From the NCBI GenBank assembly GCA_041288095.1, contig JBGGMJ010000058.1, forward strand, positions 1 to 49,041: a DNA stretch of 49,041 nt, given 5' to 3'. This DNA is from Myxococcota bacterium (GTDB lineage: Bacteria > Myxococcota > XYA12-FULL-58-9 > JALHOP01). Positions 30,553 to 40,793 of this stretch are shown piece after piece. The number at the start of each line of letters is the position of its first letter. The stretch's first letter is position 1. The notes under the pieces were generated by a model. That model worked only from the letters and a program-made list of their open reading frames with translations, was not told where the DNA came from and made no database searches. A program made the position numbers and the translations under genes.

Positions 30553-30640
30553 GAAAGGTCTCCCCGGGAATGCGTGAGCCGCTTTTTCGGTCGTGCCGCC
30601 ATGTCGGTTTCCTCCCGACCTGTGCCAAGCTGGCTCGCCA

Positions 30641-31900
30641 ATGAGTGAGAGCAAAGCCCGCACCGTCTTTCGCGTCGTCAGCGGCAACTTCCTCGAGATG
30701 TACGACTTCATGGTCTACGTCTATTTCGCGACGTACATCGCGGCGGCGTACTTTCCGGCGGATAGCGAGGTCGCGTCGATCTTGGCCGCGCTGGCCGTCT
30801 TCGGCGCCGGCTTTCTCATGCGCCCGCTCGGTGCCATCGTCCTCGGTGCTTACATCGACCGGCACGGCCGCAGGAAAGGCCTCCTCATCACACTCTCGCT
30901 CATGGCCGCGGGCACCCTGCTCGTCGCCGCGGTGCCGAGCTACGCCAGCATCGGACCAGCCGCGCCCTTGCTGGTCCTGTGTGGAAGACTGCTGCAAGGC
31001 TTCTCGGCCGGCGTCGAGCTCGGCGGCGTCTCGGTGTATCTGGCGGAGATTGCCACGCCCGGCCGTGAAGGCTTCTTCACGAGCTGGCAATCGGCGAGTC
31101 AGCAGATGGCCGTGGTCTTCGCCGCGCTGCTCGGCTTCACCTTGTCGGCGACCCTGCCCGCATCCGTCATGGCGGACTGGGGCTGGCGCATCCCGTTTTT
31201 CATCGGCTGCGCCATCATCCCCTTCGTCTTCCTCATTCGCGACAGCTTGCTCGAAACACCGGTGTTCGCCGCCCGCAAGCATCACCCGACGCTCCAGGAG
31301 ATCGCCCGCTCGATGCTCGGCAACTGGCGGCTCATCCTCGGCGGCATGTGTCTCGTCACCATGAGCACGGTAACGTTCTATTTGATCACCGGTTACACTC
31401 CGACGTTCGGTCGCACCGTGTTGCAACTGTCCGAGCGCGAGGTGCTCACGGTCACCATCTGCGTCGGCCTCTCGAATTTCTGCTGGCTACCGACCATGGG
31501 CGCGCTCTCGGACCGAGTCGGCCGCAAGCCCCTCCTCCTCACCTTCACCGGCCTCGCCATCCTCACCGCTTATCCAGCAATGCTTTACCTCGCGAGCGAG
31601 CCGAGCTTCGGCCGCCTCCTCGCGGTCGAGCTGTGGCTGTCGTTCATCTACGCGAGCTACAACGGCACCACGGTAGTGACCTTGACCGAGGTGATGCCGC
31701 CCGAGGTCCGCACCGTCGGCTTCTCGCTCGCTTACAGCCTCGCGACCACGCTCGGCGGCTTCACACCGATGATCGCGACGAACCTCGTACACACGACGGG
31801 CAACAAGGCCGCTCCTGGGCTGTGCGCGGTGGTCGCCGGAGTCGCCGGCCTCATCGGGACCCTGACCCTGCTACGCAAGCCGAAACAAGCGCCGGCCTGA
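30641..31900 (+). CDS. MFS metabolite:H+ symporter (CitA/TcuC citrate/tricarballylate type)
   Basis: [47 protein letters not shown]. Confidence 0.9.
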   Translation: MSESKARTVFRVVSGNFLEMYDFMVYVYFATYIAAAYFPADSEVASILAALAVFGAGFLMRPLGAIVLGAYIDRHGRRKGLLITLSLMAAGTLLVAAVPSYASIGPAAPLLVLCGRLLQGFSAGVELGGVSVYLAEIATPGREGFFTSWQSASQQMAVVFAALLGFTLSATLPASVMADWGWRIPFFIGCAIIPFVFLIRDSLLETPVFAARKHHPTLQEIARSMLGNWRLILGGMCLVTMSTVTFYLITGYTPTFGRTVLQLSEREVLTVTICVGLSNFCWLPTMGALSDRVGRKPLLLTFTGLAILTAYPAMLYLASEPSFGRLLAVELWLSFIYASYNGTTVVTLTEVMPPEVRTVGFSLAYSLATTLGGFTPMIATNLVHTTGNKAAPGLCAVVAGVAGLIGTLTLLRKPKQAPA

Positions 31901-33070
31901 GAGCAGACCCAAGACGGCCACGAGGCTCCACAGCTCGAGATGGCCGCCGGCGGCGCAATTGTTGTCGTCGATCTCGCCCGACGGTGGCGGGTTCTCGCAG
32001 TCGCTGTCGCAGGCGCAGCTCGAGGTGCAGTCGTCATTGGTATCGCAGTCACACCCGAGCACGACGTCGGTGATACACACGCCGGAGCCGCTCGACGTCG
32101 GCGCGCAAGTAAAGCCATCGGGGCAAGAATCCGAGCGCGACGAGTCACAGCGCGAAGCGCAATACGCGGTCTGATCATCGGCGAGCGCCAAGCAGATTGT
32201 CTGGCCCTTGCAGTTGTCGACGCAGCAGCGCTCACCGAGGTCGCCGTCACCGCACGGGACATCTTCGATCTTCGTGCATTGGCTGCTGACGCATCGCGAG
32301 CGGTCGACGATGACCTCGTTGTCCGACGAGTTGGAGATGAACTCGGGGCATTGGTCGTTGTCGGTACACGCATGGTCGGTGGCGCCCGTCGACGGATAGA
32401 GGAAACAGGCGCCGGCGCGGTCGTTCGCCTCGAGGGTGCGTGTCCGCAGTTGCGGATCAACGGTCGGCGTCATGGTCGGCGGCTCCGACAGCGCCGCTCC
32501 GTTCAGGACGTGGCCGAGGCCGATCAGGTGACCGAGCTCGTGGACGACTACGCTCTCGACATCGACCGCCTGGCCATTGGTCGAGCCGCCGGGCACGTCG
32601 GCGAGGTTGGCGTAGACCGCCCAGTTGTCGTCGACGCCGTTGAAGATGATGTCCGCCTCGATGACGGTGCCGTCTTGATAGAAAACAGGCGAGGTCACAC
32701 CGAGCACCTGGGCGCTGTACGGATAGCGCGCCGCCGTCTCGATCCACACTACCCGATTGATACCGTCGATCGCATCGACACCGTCCGAAACCACGTTGGT
32801 GGTGTCGGTGGTGGTACCGCTGACCGCGAGAGTCAAGCCGTTGCAGGTGATGGAGTTCCAGGAGTCGATGGCGCTGTCGATGGCGTCACGCACGTCGGTG
32901 GGCGTGTCGGCGGAGCGCAAGCGCGTCGGGCCATTGGCGTCGAGCTGCAACGGGATGGTGTTGTTGTTGTCGTACCACTTGATGATGTGATGCGAGTTGC
33001 TCCGCGATAGCGAGAACGCGAAAGCGGCCGGCGCCGCCAGCAGCACCGCGACGGCGATCAGGCGATTCAT
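31871..33070 (-). CDS. Secreted matrixin-family (M10-like) zinc metalloprotease with Cys-rich region and MYXO-CTERM-like anchor
   Basis: Signal peptide; [11 protein letters not shown]; Met-turn PTM; C-terminal NCAAGG + TM + RR. Confidence 0.88.
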   Translation of the reverse strand: MNRLIAVAVLLAAPAAFAFSLSRSNSHHIIKWYDNNNTIPLQLDANGPTRLRSADTPTDVRDAIDSAIDSWNSITCNGLTLAVSGTTTDTTNVVSDGVDAIDGINRVVWIETAARYPYSAQVLGVTSPVFYQDGTVIEADIIFNGVDDNWAVYANLADVPGGSTNGQAVDVESVVVHELGHLIGLGHVLNGAALSEPPTMTPTVDPQLRTRTLEANDRAGACFLYPSTGATDHACTDNDQCPEFISNSSDNEVIVDRSRCVSSQCTKIEDVPCGDGDLGERCCVDNCKGQTICLALADDQTAYCASRCDSSRSDSCPDGFTCAPTSSGSGVCITDVVLGCDCDTNDDCTSSCACDSDCENPPPSGEIDDNNCAAGGHLELWSLVAVLGLLSGRRLFRLA

Positions 33071-33651
33071 CGCGGCACCTCCGCCGAGAGCGTGCGGAGT
33101 CTGGTCATGAGCTCTACCAGAGGCGCGTCGATGAGCTCGAGACGGGCGTCACGTCCGTTCACGTCGACCATGCGCGCGTCCCCCGCGTCGAGACGGCGCG
33201 CGCGGGCTTCACCGCTCCGGCGGTCGACGTTGAAGATGCCCTGACCAAGCCCGGTGATCGTGTCGCCCGCTTCGGTGTGCTTCACTAGGAGCACGACCTC
33301 TTGGCCCGGCGCGAAGATCGGCATGCCGGGGATCGCCATGGTGTACGGGCCGAGCTTGCCGCCCGGCAGCACCAACTCGTAGGTGGTTTGGCCGGCGTCG
33401 AAGCCCTTCACCGACTCGGCGACCTCGAGACCGATGCGCGTCTGGAACTTGCGCGTCTCTTCGCCAGCGCGCTCGTCGACGAAAGCGACGTGGGCGCGGA
33501 CGACCATGTGCGACTCGTGCACCAGCTCGTCGAGGCCGGCGATGCGCACCGTGGTCGCGAGCAAGGAGCCCGGGACTGCGACCAGGGCGACGGCGAAAGC
33601 GAGCGCACGCCATCCGAAAAAATTGGCTGACATGGGGTGATACTCCTTCAT
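33067..33651 (-). CDS. Secreted hypothetical protein coupled to the metalloprotease
   Basis: Signal peptide then ATT..LDELVHES...PGG...PGMPIF.PGQEVVL; ATGA overlap with the protease. Confidence 0.75.
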   Translation of the reverse strand: MKEYHPMSANFFGWRALAFAVALVAVPGSLLATTVRIAGLDELVHESHMVVRAHVAFVDERAGEETRKFQTRIGLEVAESVKGFDAGQTTYELVLPGGKLGPYTMAIPGMPIFAPGQEVVLLVKHTEAGDTITGLGQGIFNVDRRSGEARARRLDAGDARMVDVNGRDARLELIDAPLVELMTRLRTLSAEVPR

Positions 33652-34391
33652 GAGTCTGCGCTCGGGTAATACGGCCGGCGGCCGGTGGGAGGGCGCTTGG
33701 GTGCGTCACCGGTGTCGGCGGCGCCGAGGTTCGGTCGCTCGGCGGGCCTGGCGATGCGCAGCACGGTCTGCACGGTCGCCGTCGTGTTCTCGTAGACCAC
33801 GCCGAAGCCGCCGTCGATCGTATGCATTTCGCCGCGCGCCAGCTTCTCGCCATTCGCGATGAGACCAGAGCCGAGCATGAAGTCGTGCATCACCGCTTTA
33901 GCGGGCGCGACTCCAGCGACCTTGCCGCCGGGAGGCACGACGAAGCGGTAGATGCCGCAGCCTTCGCCTTCGAAGATCACCTGCAGGTCGTCGCGCATGA
34001 CCACCGGCCCGGGGATCTCGCGCTCGATGGTGAGCTTGGGAATGCCGTGACCCCCGAGCGCGAAAGGCTTCTCGAGGGTGAGCTTGACGCGCTCGACCTG
34101 CGCGCGCGGCGTGTCGGCCGTGGGCGCTCCTAGACAGTGCGTCGCCAGAGCCTCGAGCGCCGACTCGAGCAGCTCGAAGTGCGCGTGCTCGAGGATGAAC
34201 AAGAGATCGCCGGTGAGACGCGCGTAGTCGATGGAGCTGGTAAGGCGCGGCGTGCCGGCGGGCTTCGGCGTGAGATAGGCGGCGACGTTCAAGCGCAACC
34301 GCTGCGGCTTCGTCCGCTCAGGCGGATAGATGCCGATGATGGTATCGATCTCGATGTCCTCGACCGCGACGATGTCGAGCGCCTGCGTCAT
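33648..34391 (-). CDS. folB: Dihydroneopterin aldolase with extra C-terminal (cupin-like) domain
   Basis: IIGIYPPER..PQ, SIDYA, FELLE, LEKP, then about 110 extra residues. Confidence 0.75.
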   Translation of the reverse strand: MTQALDIVAVEDIEIDTIIGIYPPERTKPQRLRLNVAAYLTPKPAGTPRLTSSIDYARLTGDLLFILEHAHFELLESALEALATHCLGAPTADTPRAQVERVKLTLEKPFALGGHGIPKLTIEREIPGPVVMRDDLQVIFEGEGCGIYRFVVPPGGKVAGVAPAKAVMHDFMLGSGLIANGEKLARGEMHTIDGGFGVVYENTTATVQTVLRIARPAERPNLGAADTGDAPKRPPTGRRPYYPSADS

Positions 34392-35110
34392 AGGGCGGCG
34401 CTCCAGCCGCCGTCGACCGCGACGATTTGACCCGTCATGTAGGCGGCATCGCGCGCCAGGAAGACCACGAGCTTGGCGACATCCTCGGGTTGACCGCTCC
34501 GCTGCAGCGGAATGCGGTCCAAGGCGCCCGACTTCGTGGCTTCCGTCCATTGCGCCGGCGTTGCGACCAGCCCGGGAGACACCCCGTTTACGCGGATCTT
34601 GGGCGCGAGCTCGGTTGCCAGCGCCTTGGTCAGCGCCGCGAGCCCCGCCTTCGTCACCGTGTAGTGCGCATACCGCGGAACTACACGCTCGGCGGCGATA
34701 TCCACGATATTGATGACGCTTGGACTGGCTGCGTGCTTCAAAGGTTCGAGCAGCCCCTGGGTGAGGAAAAACGGCGCTGTCAGGTTGATCTGCTGCATTC
34801 GCGTGTAGGCGGCAAGATCGATGTCGGCAAAGGGCTTTTCGACGTAGATTGAGGCGCTGTTCACGAGCAGGTCGATGACCTTGTAACGATCGCGCAGCTC
34901 CTTCACGAGGCGCTCGACCTGCAACGGATCGCCCAAATCGGCCTTGTGCACCGAGGCCTGCCTACCCTTCCGGGTGAGCTCGGCGGCAAGCTCGGTGGCG
35001 GCGACGATGTTGTCGTTGGCGTGGAGCGCGAGATCGTAACCGGCATCGGCGAGCGCCACGGCGATGGCGCGGCCAACGCGAACTCCGGAACCCGTAACGA
35101 CGGCCAGCAT
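34388..35110 (-). CDS. Pteridine reductase-like SDR (FolM/PTR1 type)
   Basis: TGSGVRVG (Arg typical of pteridine reductases), LVNSAS, INIVD, YTVTK, VDGG; coupled to folB. Confidence 0.85.
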   Translation of the reverse strand: MLAVVTGSGVRVGRAIAVALADAGYDLALHANDNIVAATELAAELTRKGRQASVHKADLGDPLQVERLVKELRDRYKVIDLLVNSASIYVEKPFADIDLAAYTRMQQINLTAPFFLTQGLLEPLKHAASPSVINIVDIAAERVVPRYAHYTVTKAGLAALTKALATELAPKIRVNGVSPGLVATPAQWTEATKSGALDRIPLQRSGQPEDVAKLVVFLARDAAYMTGQIVAVDGGWSAAL

Positions 35111-35115
35111 GTTTC

Positions 35116-37155
35116 TCAGTATGCCAAAAGCTTGGCGAGCGCGGCCGTAATCCGTTTCTTGGGCAAGAACTGCTTCTCGAGGGCCTGATTGAAAGGCACC
35201 GGCGTGTCGAGCGAGGCGACGCGCATGACGGGCGCATCGAGGTGCAGGAAGAGCTCCTCGCCGATGCTGGCCGCGATCTCACCGCCGAAGCCGCCGATGA
35301 GCGTGTCCTCGTGGACCACGAGGCAACGGTTCGTCTTGCGCACCGACGCGAAGACGGCCTCGCGGTCCCATGGCAAGAGCGTCATCAGATCGATCAGCTC
35401 GACCTCCGCCGCCGCGGCCAACTCGGCGCACCAGTGCACGGCGGCGCCGTAGGTAACGATGGTCGCGCGCTTGCCCTCGCTGACCACCCGCGCTTTGCCG
35501 ATGGGCAGGGTGTAATAGGCGTCCGGCACCTCACCCTCGACGCTGCGGTAGAGCACCTTGTGCTCGAAGAACATCACCGGGTTGGGGTCGCGCACCGCCG
35601 CGGCGATGAGACCTTTGGCGTCATGCGGCGTCGACGGATACACGACCTTCAAGCCCGGCACGTGGGTGAACCAGGCCTCGTTCGACTGCGAGTGGAATGG
35701 GCCGGCGCCCGTGCCCGCGCCCGTCGGCATGCGCACGGTGACGTTCACGGGCTGGTTCCAGCGGTAGTGCGTCTTCGCTAGGTTGTTGACGATCTGATTG
35801 AAGCCGCAGCTCACGAAGTCGGCGAACTGCATCTCGACCACGGAGGGCCGGCCGGCGATGGCGAGGCCGAGCCCCGCGCCCAGGATGGCGGACTCGCACA
35901 GCGGCGTGTTGCGCACACGGTCCTTGCCGAACTTCTCGACGAAGCCCTGCGTCACCTTGAAGACGCCGCCGTAATCCGCGACGTCCTGGCCCATGATCAC
36001 CAGCTTGTCGTCGCGCTCCATCGCCTGGCGTAGACCATCCGAGAGGGCGTCCACGAAACGCTTCGCGCTAGTGCCTTGTTCGACGATGCGCGGCTCGTCC
36101 GCCTCAGCGGACACTGCGTACACGTCACCGATCTCTTCCTCGAGATCGGCCTTGATGTCGGGCTGGGCGAAGACCTCGTCCCATGCGTCTTCGATGGTCT
36201 TCTTGAGAGCGGCACGGCGCTTGTCCGTTTCAGCGTGCGTCAGCACCCCTTCGCTCTCGAGGAACCTCTCGTAACCGGCGACGGGATCTTTGCTCTGCCA
36301 GGTGTCGAACAGGATCTGCGGCACGTATTTGGTGCCCGAGGCTTCTTCGTGTCCGCGCATGCGGAACGTCATGCACTCGAGCAGCACCGGCTTCCTGTCG
36401 CGACGCATGCGCTCGGCGATGCGGCGCACTGCCGTGTAGACATCGAGCACGTTGTTGCCGTCGACCTGCACACCTTCGATGCCGTAGCCGATGGCCTTGT
36501 CGATGAACTGCTTGCAGACGAACTGATCACGCGACGGCGTCGACAAGCCGTAGCCATTGTTCTCGATCACGAAGATGACCGGGAGATTCCAGACCGCGGC
36601 GACGTTGATTGCCTCGTGGAAGTCGCCTTCGGAGGCGCCGCCGTCACCAGAGAAGACCGCCGCGACGTAATCGTCCTTGTCGAGATTCGAGGCGAGCGCG
36701 AGACCATCGGCGACGCCGAGCATGGCACCCAGGTGGGAGATCATGCCGATGACACGGTCGTCCGGACTGCCGAAGTGGAACGAGCGGTCGCGACCCTTGG
36801 TGTAGCCCGACTTCTTGCCGTGCCACTGCGCGAACAGCTTCACGAGGGGCATCTGGCGACCGGTGAACACGCCAAGGTTGCGGTGGAGCGGCAAGATGTA
36901 GTCGCTGTCGCGCAGCGCCTGCGTGAGCCCGACGGAGATGCCCTCCTGGCCGATGCCGGAAAACCACTTGCTGACCTTGCCCTGGCGCAGGAGAAGCAGC
37001 GACTTCTCCTCGATCATGCGCGGCAACAAGATGGCGTCGTAGAGCTCGAGCAGCTGCGCGTCGGTGAGGCCCTTGCGGTCGAAGCGCAACGGGGTCAGGG
37101 CCGGTGCCTGTTCGGCGGGGGTCTCGGCTTCATCCATGGGTTTCACAGAGGCCAT
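35116..37155 (-). CDS. 2-oxoacid dehydrogenase E1, fused alpha/beta (branched-chain type)
   Basis: ThDP motif GDGGASEGDFHE..N; RMRGHEE; beta part GQDVA.YGGVFK, EMQFADF, GPFHSQ. Confidence 0.92.
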   Translation of the reverse strand: MASVKPMDEAETPAEQAPALTPLRFDRKGLTDAQLLELYDAILLPRMIEEKSLLLLRQGKVSKWFSGIGQEGISVGLTQALRDSDYILPLHRNLGVFTGRQMPLVKLFAQWHGKKSGYTKGRDRSFHFGSPDDRVIGMISHLGAMLGVADGLALASNLDKDDYVAAVFSGDGGASEGDFHEAINVAAVWNLPVIFVIENNGYGLSTPSRDQFVCKQFIDKAIGYGIEGVQVDGNNVLDVYTAVRRIAERMRRDRKPVLLECMTFRMRGHEEASGTKYVPQILFDTWQSKDPVAGYERFLESEGVLTHAETDKRRAALKKTIEDAWDEVFAQPDIKADLEEEIGDVYAVSAEADEPRIVEQGTSAKRFVDALSDGLRQAMERDDKLVIMGQDVADYGGVFKVTQGFVEKFGKDRVRNTPLCESAILGAGLGLAIAGRPSVVEMQFADFVSCGFNQIVNNLAKTHYRWNQPVNVTVRMPTGAGTGAGPFHSQSNEAWFTHVPGLKVVYPSTPHDAKGLIAAAVRDPNPVMFFEHKVLYRSVEGEVPDAYYTLPIGKARVVSEGKRATIVTYGAAVHWCAELAAAAEVELIDLMTLLPWDREAVFASVRKTNRCLVVHEDTLIGGFGGEIAASIGEELFLHLDAPVMRVASLDTPVPFNQALEKQFLPKKRITAALAKLLAY

Positions 37156-37175
37156 GCTGGGTACGCCAAGTAGCC

Positions 37176-38108
37176 TTACCCGGGGGAACCCGCAAGCTGT
37201 GCCAGCTTCGAGAGATCCGCGTTGCCACCGCACACCACGACGCCGACTTTCTCACCTGCCGACGGGCGATAGCGACCGGCCGTGAGGGCCGCCAGCGCCG
37301 CCGCGCCACCGGGCTCGACGACCAAGCGCATGCTCGACCAAAGGAGGGCCTGGGCCATGGCGATATCGGAGTCCTCGACCAGCACGACCCGGTCCAAAAA
37401 CTGCTGTGCCAGCGGGAACATGAGCTCGCCGACGCGACGGGCGCCCAGGGAGTCGGCGGCGATGCCCGAAACCTCGACGTCCACCGGTTGGCCTGCCTCC
37501 ATGGCCTTGGCGAGGGTCGGCGCCCTGCTCGGCTCGACGGCGATGATGCGGACACTCTGCTCGTACCAGGAGAGGCACCCCGCCAGCAGACCGCCGCCCC
37601 CCACGGAGACCAGAAGTGTGTCGAGATCGGCCGCTTGGATCTCGAGCTCCATGGCGACCGTGCCCTGGCCGGCGATGACCTCCGGCTGGTCGTAGGCGTG
37701 GATGTAGCGCGCCTTGGTCTCCTTGGCGCGGATGAGGCTCGCCTCGTGCGCTTCGGCGTACGAATTGCCGATCACGGTCACGGCCGCGGCATACTCACGC
37801 AGGCGCGCGAGCTTCACCGGCGAGGTGATGGTCGGGACGAAGATCTCCGAACGCACCCCTAGCTTGTGCGCCGCATAGGCGACAGCGGCCCCATGATTGC
37901 CTCCGCTCGCGGTGATGACGCCGCGGCCGCTGACCGGCTTCGCCAGCAGGCTGTTGAAGGCGCCACGCGCTTTGAATGAACCGGAGCGTTGCATGCTCTC
38001 GAGCTTGAGAACGATGCGCGCATCGCCTCGCTCCAGCTCGGTGATCGGCGTTCGGCGCACGTAGCGGTCGATGCGCTGCATGGCGCGTTGAATCTCGTCG
38101 CGGTTCAC
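37176..38108 (-). CDS. Threonine/serine dehydratase family PLP enzyme
   Basis: KLESMQRSGSFKARG, ASGGNHG, VGGGGL, EPGGA, CGGN; GTG start overlapping the murB stop. Confidence 0.9.
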   Translation of the reverse strand: MNRDEIQRAMQRIDRYVRRTPITELERGDARIVLKLESMQRSGSFKARGAFNSLLAKPVSGRGVITASGGNHGAAVAYAAHKLGVRSEIFVPTITSPVKLARLREYAAAVTVIGNSYAEAHEASLIRAKETKARYIHAYDQPEVIAGQGTVAMELEIQAADLDTLLVSVGGGGLLAGCLSWYEQSVRIIAVEPSRAPTLAKAMEAGQPVDVEVSGIAADSLGARRVGELMFPLAQQFLDRVVLVEDSDIAMAQALLWSSMRLVVEPGGAAALAALTAGRYRPSAGEKVGVVVCGGNADLSKLAQLAGSPG

Positions 38109-39127
38109 AAAGTCTCTCCGAGCAGCACAGGCTCGTTGTGCAAGGTCACGCCGGTCTGGGCAAGTACGCCATCGCGGATGGAGCGCGCGAGGGCAAGGAG
38201 CTCGTCGGTGGTGCCGCCGCCGTAGTGCACGAGAGCCAGCGCGTGTTTCTTCGAGATGCCGACGCGCGGACCACCGTGGCCTTTGGTGAAGCCCGAGCGC
38301 TCGATGAGCCAGGCCGCGGGGACCTTCCAGCGGTCGCCGTGGGCGTAACGTGGCGGCTGGGTCGCGAGGCGCTGCTCGAGGTCGGCGAGCGCGTCGCCCC
38401 CAAGGATGGGGTTCATGAAGAACGAACCGGCGCTGCACGATTCGGGGTCGGTGGGGTCGATCACCATGCCTTTGGCGCGACGCAACCCGACCACGGTGGA
38501 CCGCACCTCCGCAAGTGGCGCTTCCTCGCCACTTCCGAGGGCTTTGGTGAGCTCGGGATAGCGCAGCCCGGACGCCGTGCGGGACCGTCTCAGGGCGAAT
38601 GTCACCCCAATCACCACCCAGCGCGCGTCGTGCTTGATGGCGCTGTCGCGGTACGCAAAAGCGCACTCCTTCGGGCTCAGGGTCACGTTGTGTCCGACGC
38701 GACGGTCGTAAGCCTCGACGGCGACGATGGTATCGGAGACTTCTTGGCCATAGGCCCCGACGTTCTGGATGGGCGTCGCGCCAGCGGTGCCGGGAATGCC
38801 CGACAAACATTCGAGCCCAGCGAGTCCTTCGTCGACGCACAGGCCGACGAGCGCATCCCACGGCTCGCCCGCCGCCACCGTGACCTCGTCGCCGCTGATG
38901 GTCACACCCCGATTGGCGACCTGCAGCACCCGCCCGGGAAAGCCACGGTCGCTCGCGACCAGATTGCTACCACCCCCGACGATGACGAACGGCACGCCAT
39001 CCGCCTCGGCCAACGCGACCGCCCGGCCAATCTCGGCGGTCGACTCGAGGCGCCACCATTCTCGCGCCGGACCACCCAGCTTGAGGGTCGTGTGGTTGGC
39101 GAAGGGCTCGTCGAAGATGCGCAACAT
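38105..39127 (-). CDS. murB: UDP-N-acetylenolpyruvoylglucosamine reductase
   Basis: GGGSN, GIPGTAGATPIQNVGAYG, FAYRDS, AGSFFMNP, AAWLIE, HALAL, EP. Confidence 0.95.
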   Translation of the reverse strand: MLRIFDEPFANHTTLKLGGPAREWWRLESTAEIGRAVALAEADGVPFVIVGGGSNLVASDRGFPGRVLQVANRGVTISGDEVTVAAGEPWDALVGLCVDEGLAGLECLSGIPGTAGATPIQNVGAYGQEVSDTIVAVEAYDRRVGHNVTLSPKECAFAYRDSAIKHDARWVVIGVTFALRRSRTASGLRYPELTKALGSGEEAPLAEVRSTVVGLRRAKGMVIDPTDPESCSAGSFFMNPILGGDALADLEQRLATQPPRYAHGDRWKVPAAWLIERSGFTKGHGGPRVGISKKHALALVHYGGGTTDELLALARSIRDGVLAQTGVTLHNEPVLLGETL

Positions 39128-39141
39128 CGGCGCGCCATCGT

Positions 39142-39876
39142 CTAGAAACGATAGTTCAGGGTCAAGCCAAGCGTCGGCAGCTTGACGTACGTCGTGTACT
39201 TTTCGTCGAGGTAGCTATCGAGGGCCGCGGCGAGGACGCGGAACTCGGTAGGCTCACGTCGCTCGATCACCGGCGCCTCGATGCTGGTCGATGACGCCAC
39301 GGCCTGCATGTAGCCGAGCGACGCGCGCAGGGCCCAGTGCTCGGCGAGCTCCCAAGAGTACGCGAGCGTGACATGGAAGCCGTGAATCGTGGAGGACAAG
39401 TCGACCTGCTCGTTGCCGGTGATGCTCGAAGACGACCTTCGAACCGCGTCCTTGATGATGTCGATGCCGGTGATGTCTTCGCTGAGGACGAGCAGCGTGT
39501 AGCCGGCGAGGATCTCGAGCTCCAGATCGGACGACGGGCGGAAGCCGATGCTCGGGCGAAAGACGAACGCGCCGGTGATTGCCGATTCGATGATCTGCGC
39601 GGTCTCGTCGTTGTAGGCGTCGAACGATTGCGCGACGGCATTGATGAAGCTCGCGTACGGAGACGGCATCCAGCCCGCTTCAGCGGACAAGAGAATGCGA
39701 TGAGGCAGCTCCACCAGCACCTGTCCGCCCATGTAGAGGGGTGCGACACTCCCCAAGCCGATGTCGACACGCGTGTCCGCGCGGCCAGGGCTAGGAACGA
39801 GCAGGCACGCCGTTGCGAGAATGGCGATCGCCGGTCTTTTCGGGCTCGCCTTCGGGGATCTCGCGTTTGACGACAT
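39142..39876 (-). CDS. Putative outer-membrane beta-barrel protein
   Basis: Signal-like segment AIAILATACLLVPSPGRA; amphipathic strands; C-terminal LTLNYRF. Start uncertain and overlaps the yihY end. Confidence 0.65.
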   Translation of the reverse strand: MSSNARSPKASPKRPAIAILATACLLVPSPGRADTRVDIGLGSVAPLYMGGQVLVELPHRILLSAEAGWMPSPYASFINAVAQSFDAYNDETAQIIESAITGAFVFRPSIGFRPSSDLELEILAGYTLLVLSEDITGIDIIKDAVRRSSSSITGNEQVDLSSTIHGFHVTLAYSWELAEHWALRASLGYMQAVASSTSIEAPVIERREPTEFRVLAAALDSYLDEKYTTYVKLPTLGLTLNYRF

Positions 39877-40762
39877 CGACGCGCACTGCGTGCTCATCCG
39901 GCTCGATTTCTTCGCCGCGATAGCGGGCGAACACCTGTGTGAACTCCGCGCCGAAGAACATGATCTGCGCCGAGTAGTAAACCCACACGATGGTTACGAC
40001 GAGCGCGCCGGCGGCGCCATACGTCGAGCCGAAGCTCGCGTTCCCCAGGTAGAGGCCGATGAGGAGCTTACCGATGCTGAAGAGTAGCGATGTGATACCG
40101 GCGCCGACCCAGGTGTGCCGCCAGCGCACGTTGGCATCGGGCAGCACTTTGTAAATCATCGCGAAGAGCAGCGTCGTTACGATGAACGAAACACCGAAAT
40201 TGAGTGGCTGCCATAGCAGACTGACGCCGGGAATCACGCCCTTCAACGCGCCGGTGAGACCCGAGATGGCGGCGGACAACACCAACGACACCAGCAACAG
40301 GAAGCCCAAGACGAGAATCATCGCGAACGACAGAACGCGCTTGCGCAGGTAGTTCCAGATGGTCGTCTTGGTCTTTTGGGCCTCCTTCGGCTGCACGCCC
40401 CAGATGGTGTTGAGGGCGTACTGCAGCTCGGCGAATGCGCCGGTCGCGCCGAAGAGCAACACCGCGAGGTTGATGGCGGACGCGATGATGCCGGTCTTCT
40501 CGTGCTTGCCGGCGTTGTCGATGGCCGCTTCGACCACCTTGGCGGCGTCGGCGCCGATGAGGCCGGCGATCTGTCCGAAGAGCTCGCCGCGCGCGGCCTC
40601 TTCTCCGAAAACGAAGCCCGCGACGGCGAGCACGACGAGGAGCAGCGGCGCCAGCGAGACGAGCGTGTAAAAAGCCACCGACGCGGCGAGGCTCGACGCA
40701 TTGTCGTCGGACCACTCCTTGGCGGTGTCGCGCACCAGCGTAATCGCAGTCTTCAGTACCAC
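39791..40762 (-). CDS. YihY/virulence factor BrkB family membrane protein
   Basis: AASVAFYTLVSLAP, LNTIW, YKVLPD, STYGAAG, WVYYSAQI..FGAE. Confidence 0.92.
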   Translation of the reverse strand: MVLKTAITLVRDTAKEWSDDNASSLAASVAFYTLVSLAPLLLVVLAVAGFVFGEEAARGELFGQIAGLIGADAAKVVEAAIDNAGKHEKTGIIASAINLAVLLFGATGAFAELQYALNTIWGVQPKEAQKTKTTIWNYLRKRVLSFAMILVLGFLLLVSLVLSAAISGLTGALKGVIPGVSLLWQPLNFGVSFIVTTLLFAMIYKVLPDANVRWRHTWVGAGITSLLFSIGKLLIGLYLGNASFGSTYGAAGALVVTIVWVYYSAQIMFFGAEFTQVFARYRGEEIEPDEHAVRVDVVKREIPEGEPEKTGDRHSRNGVPARS

Positions 40763-40793
40763 CTTGCGAAGCTGGTCAACGTCTTTCGCTTCG

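Noticed and set aside
30612-30630. TGGCAC sigma-54 -24-like element on the minus strand
   Set aside because: No TTGC -12 element at the required spacing
37176-38861. 561-aa ORF suggesting an extended or fused dehydratase
   Set aside because: The first 251 codons are an off-frame shadow of murB; the dehydratase starts at GTG 38108
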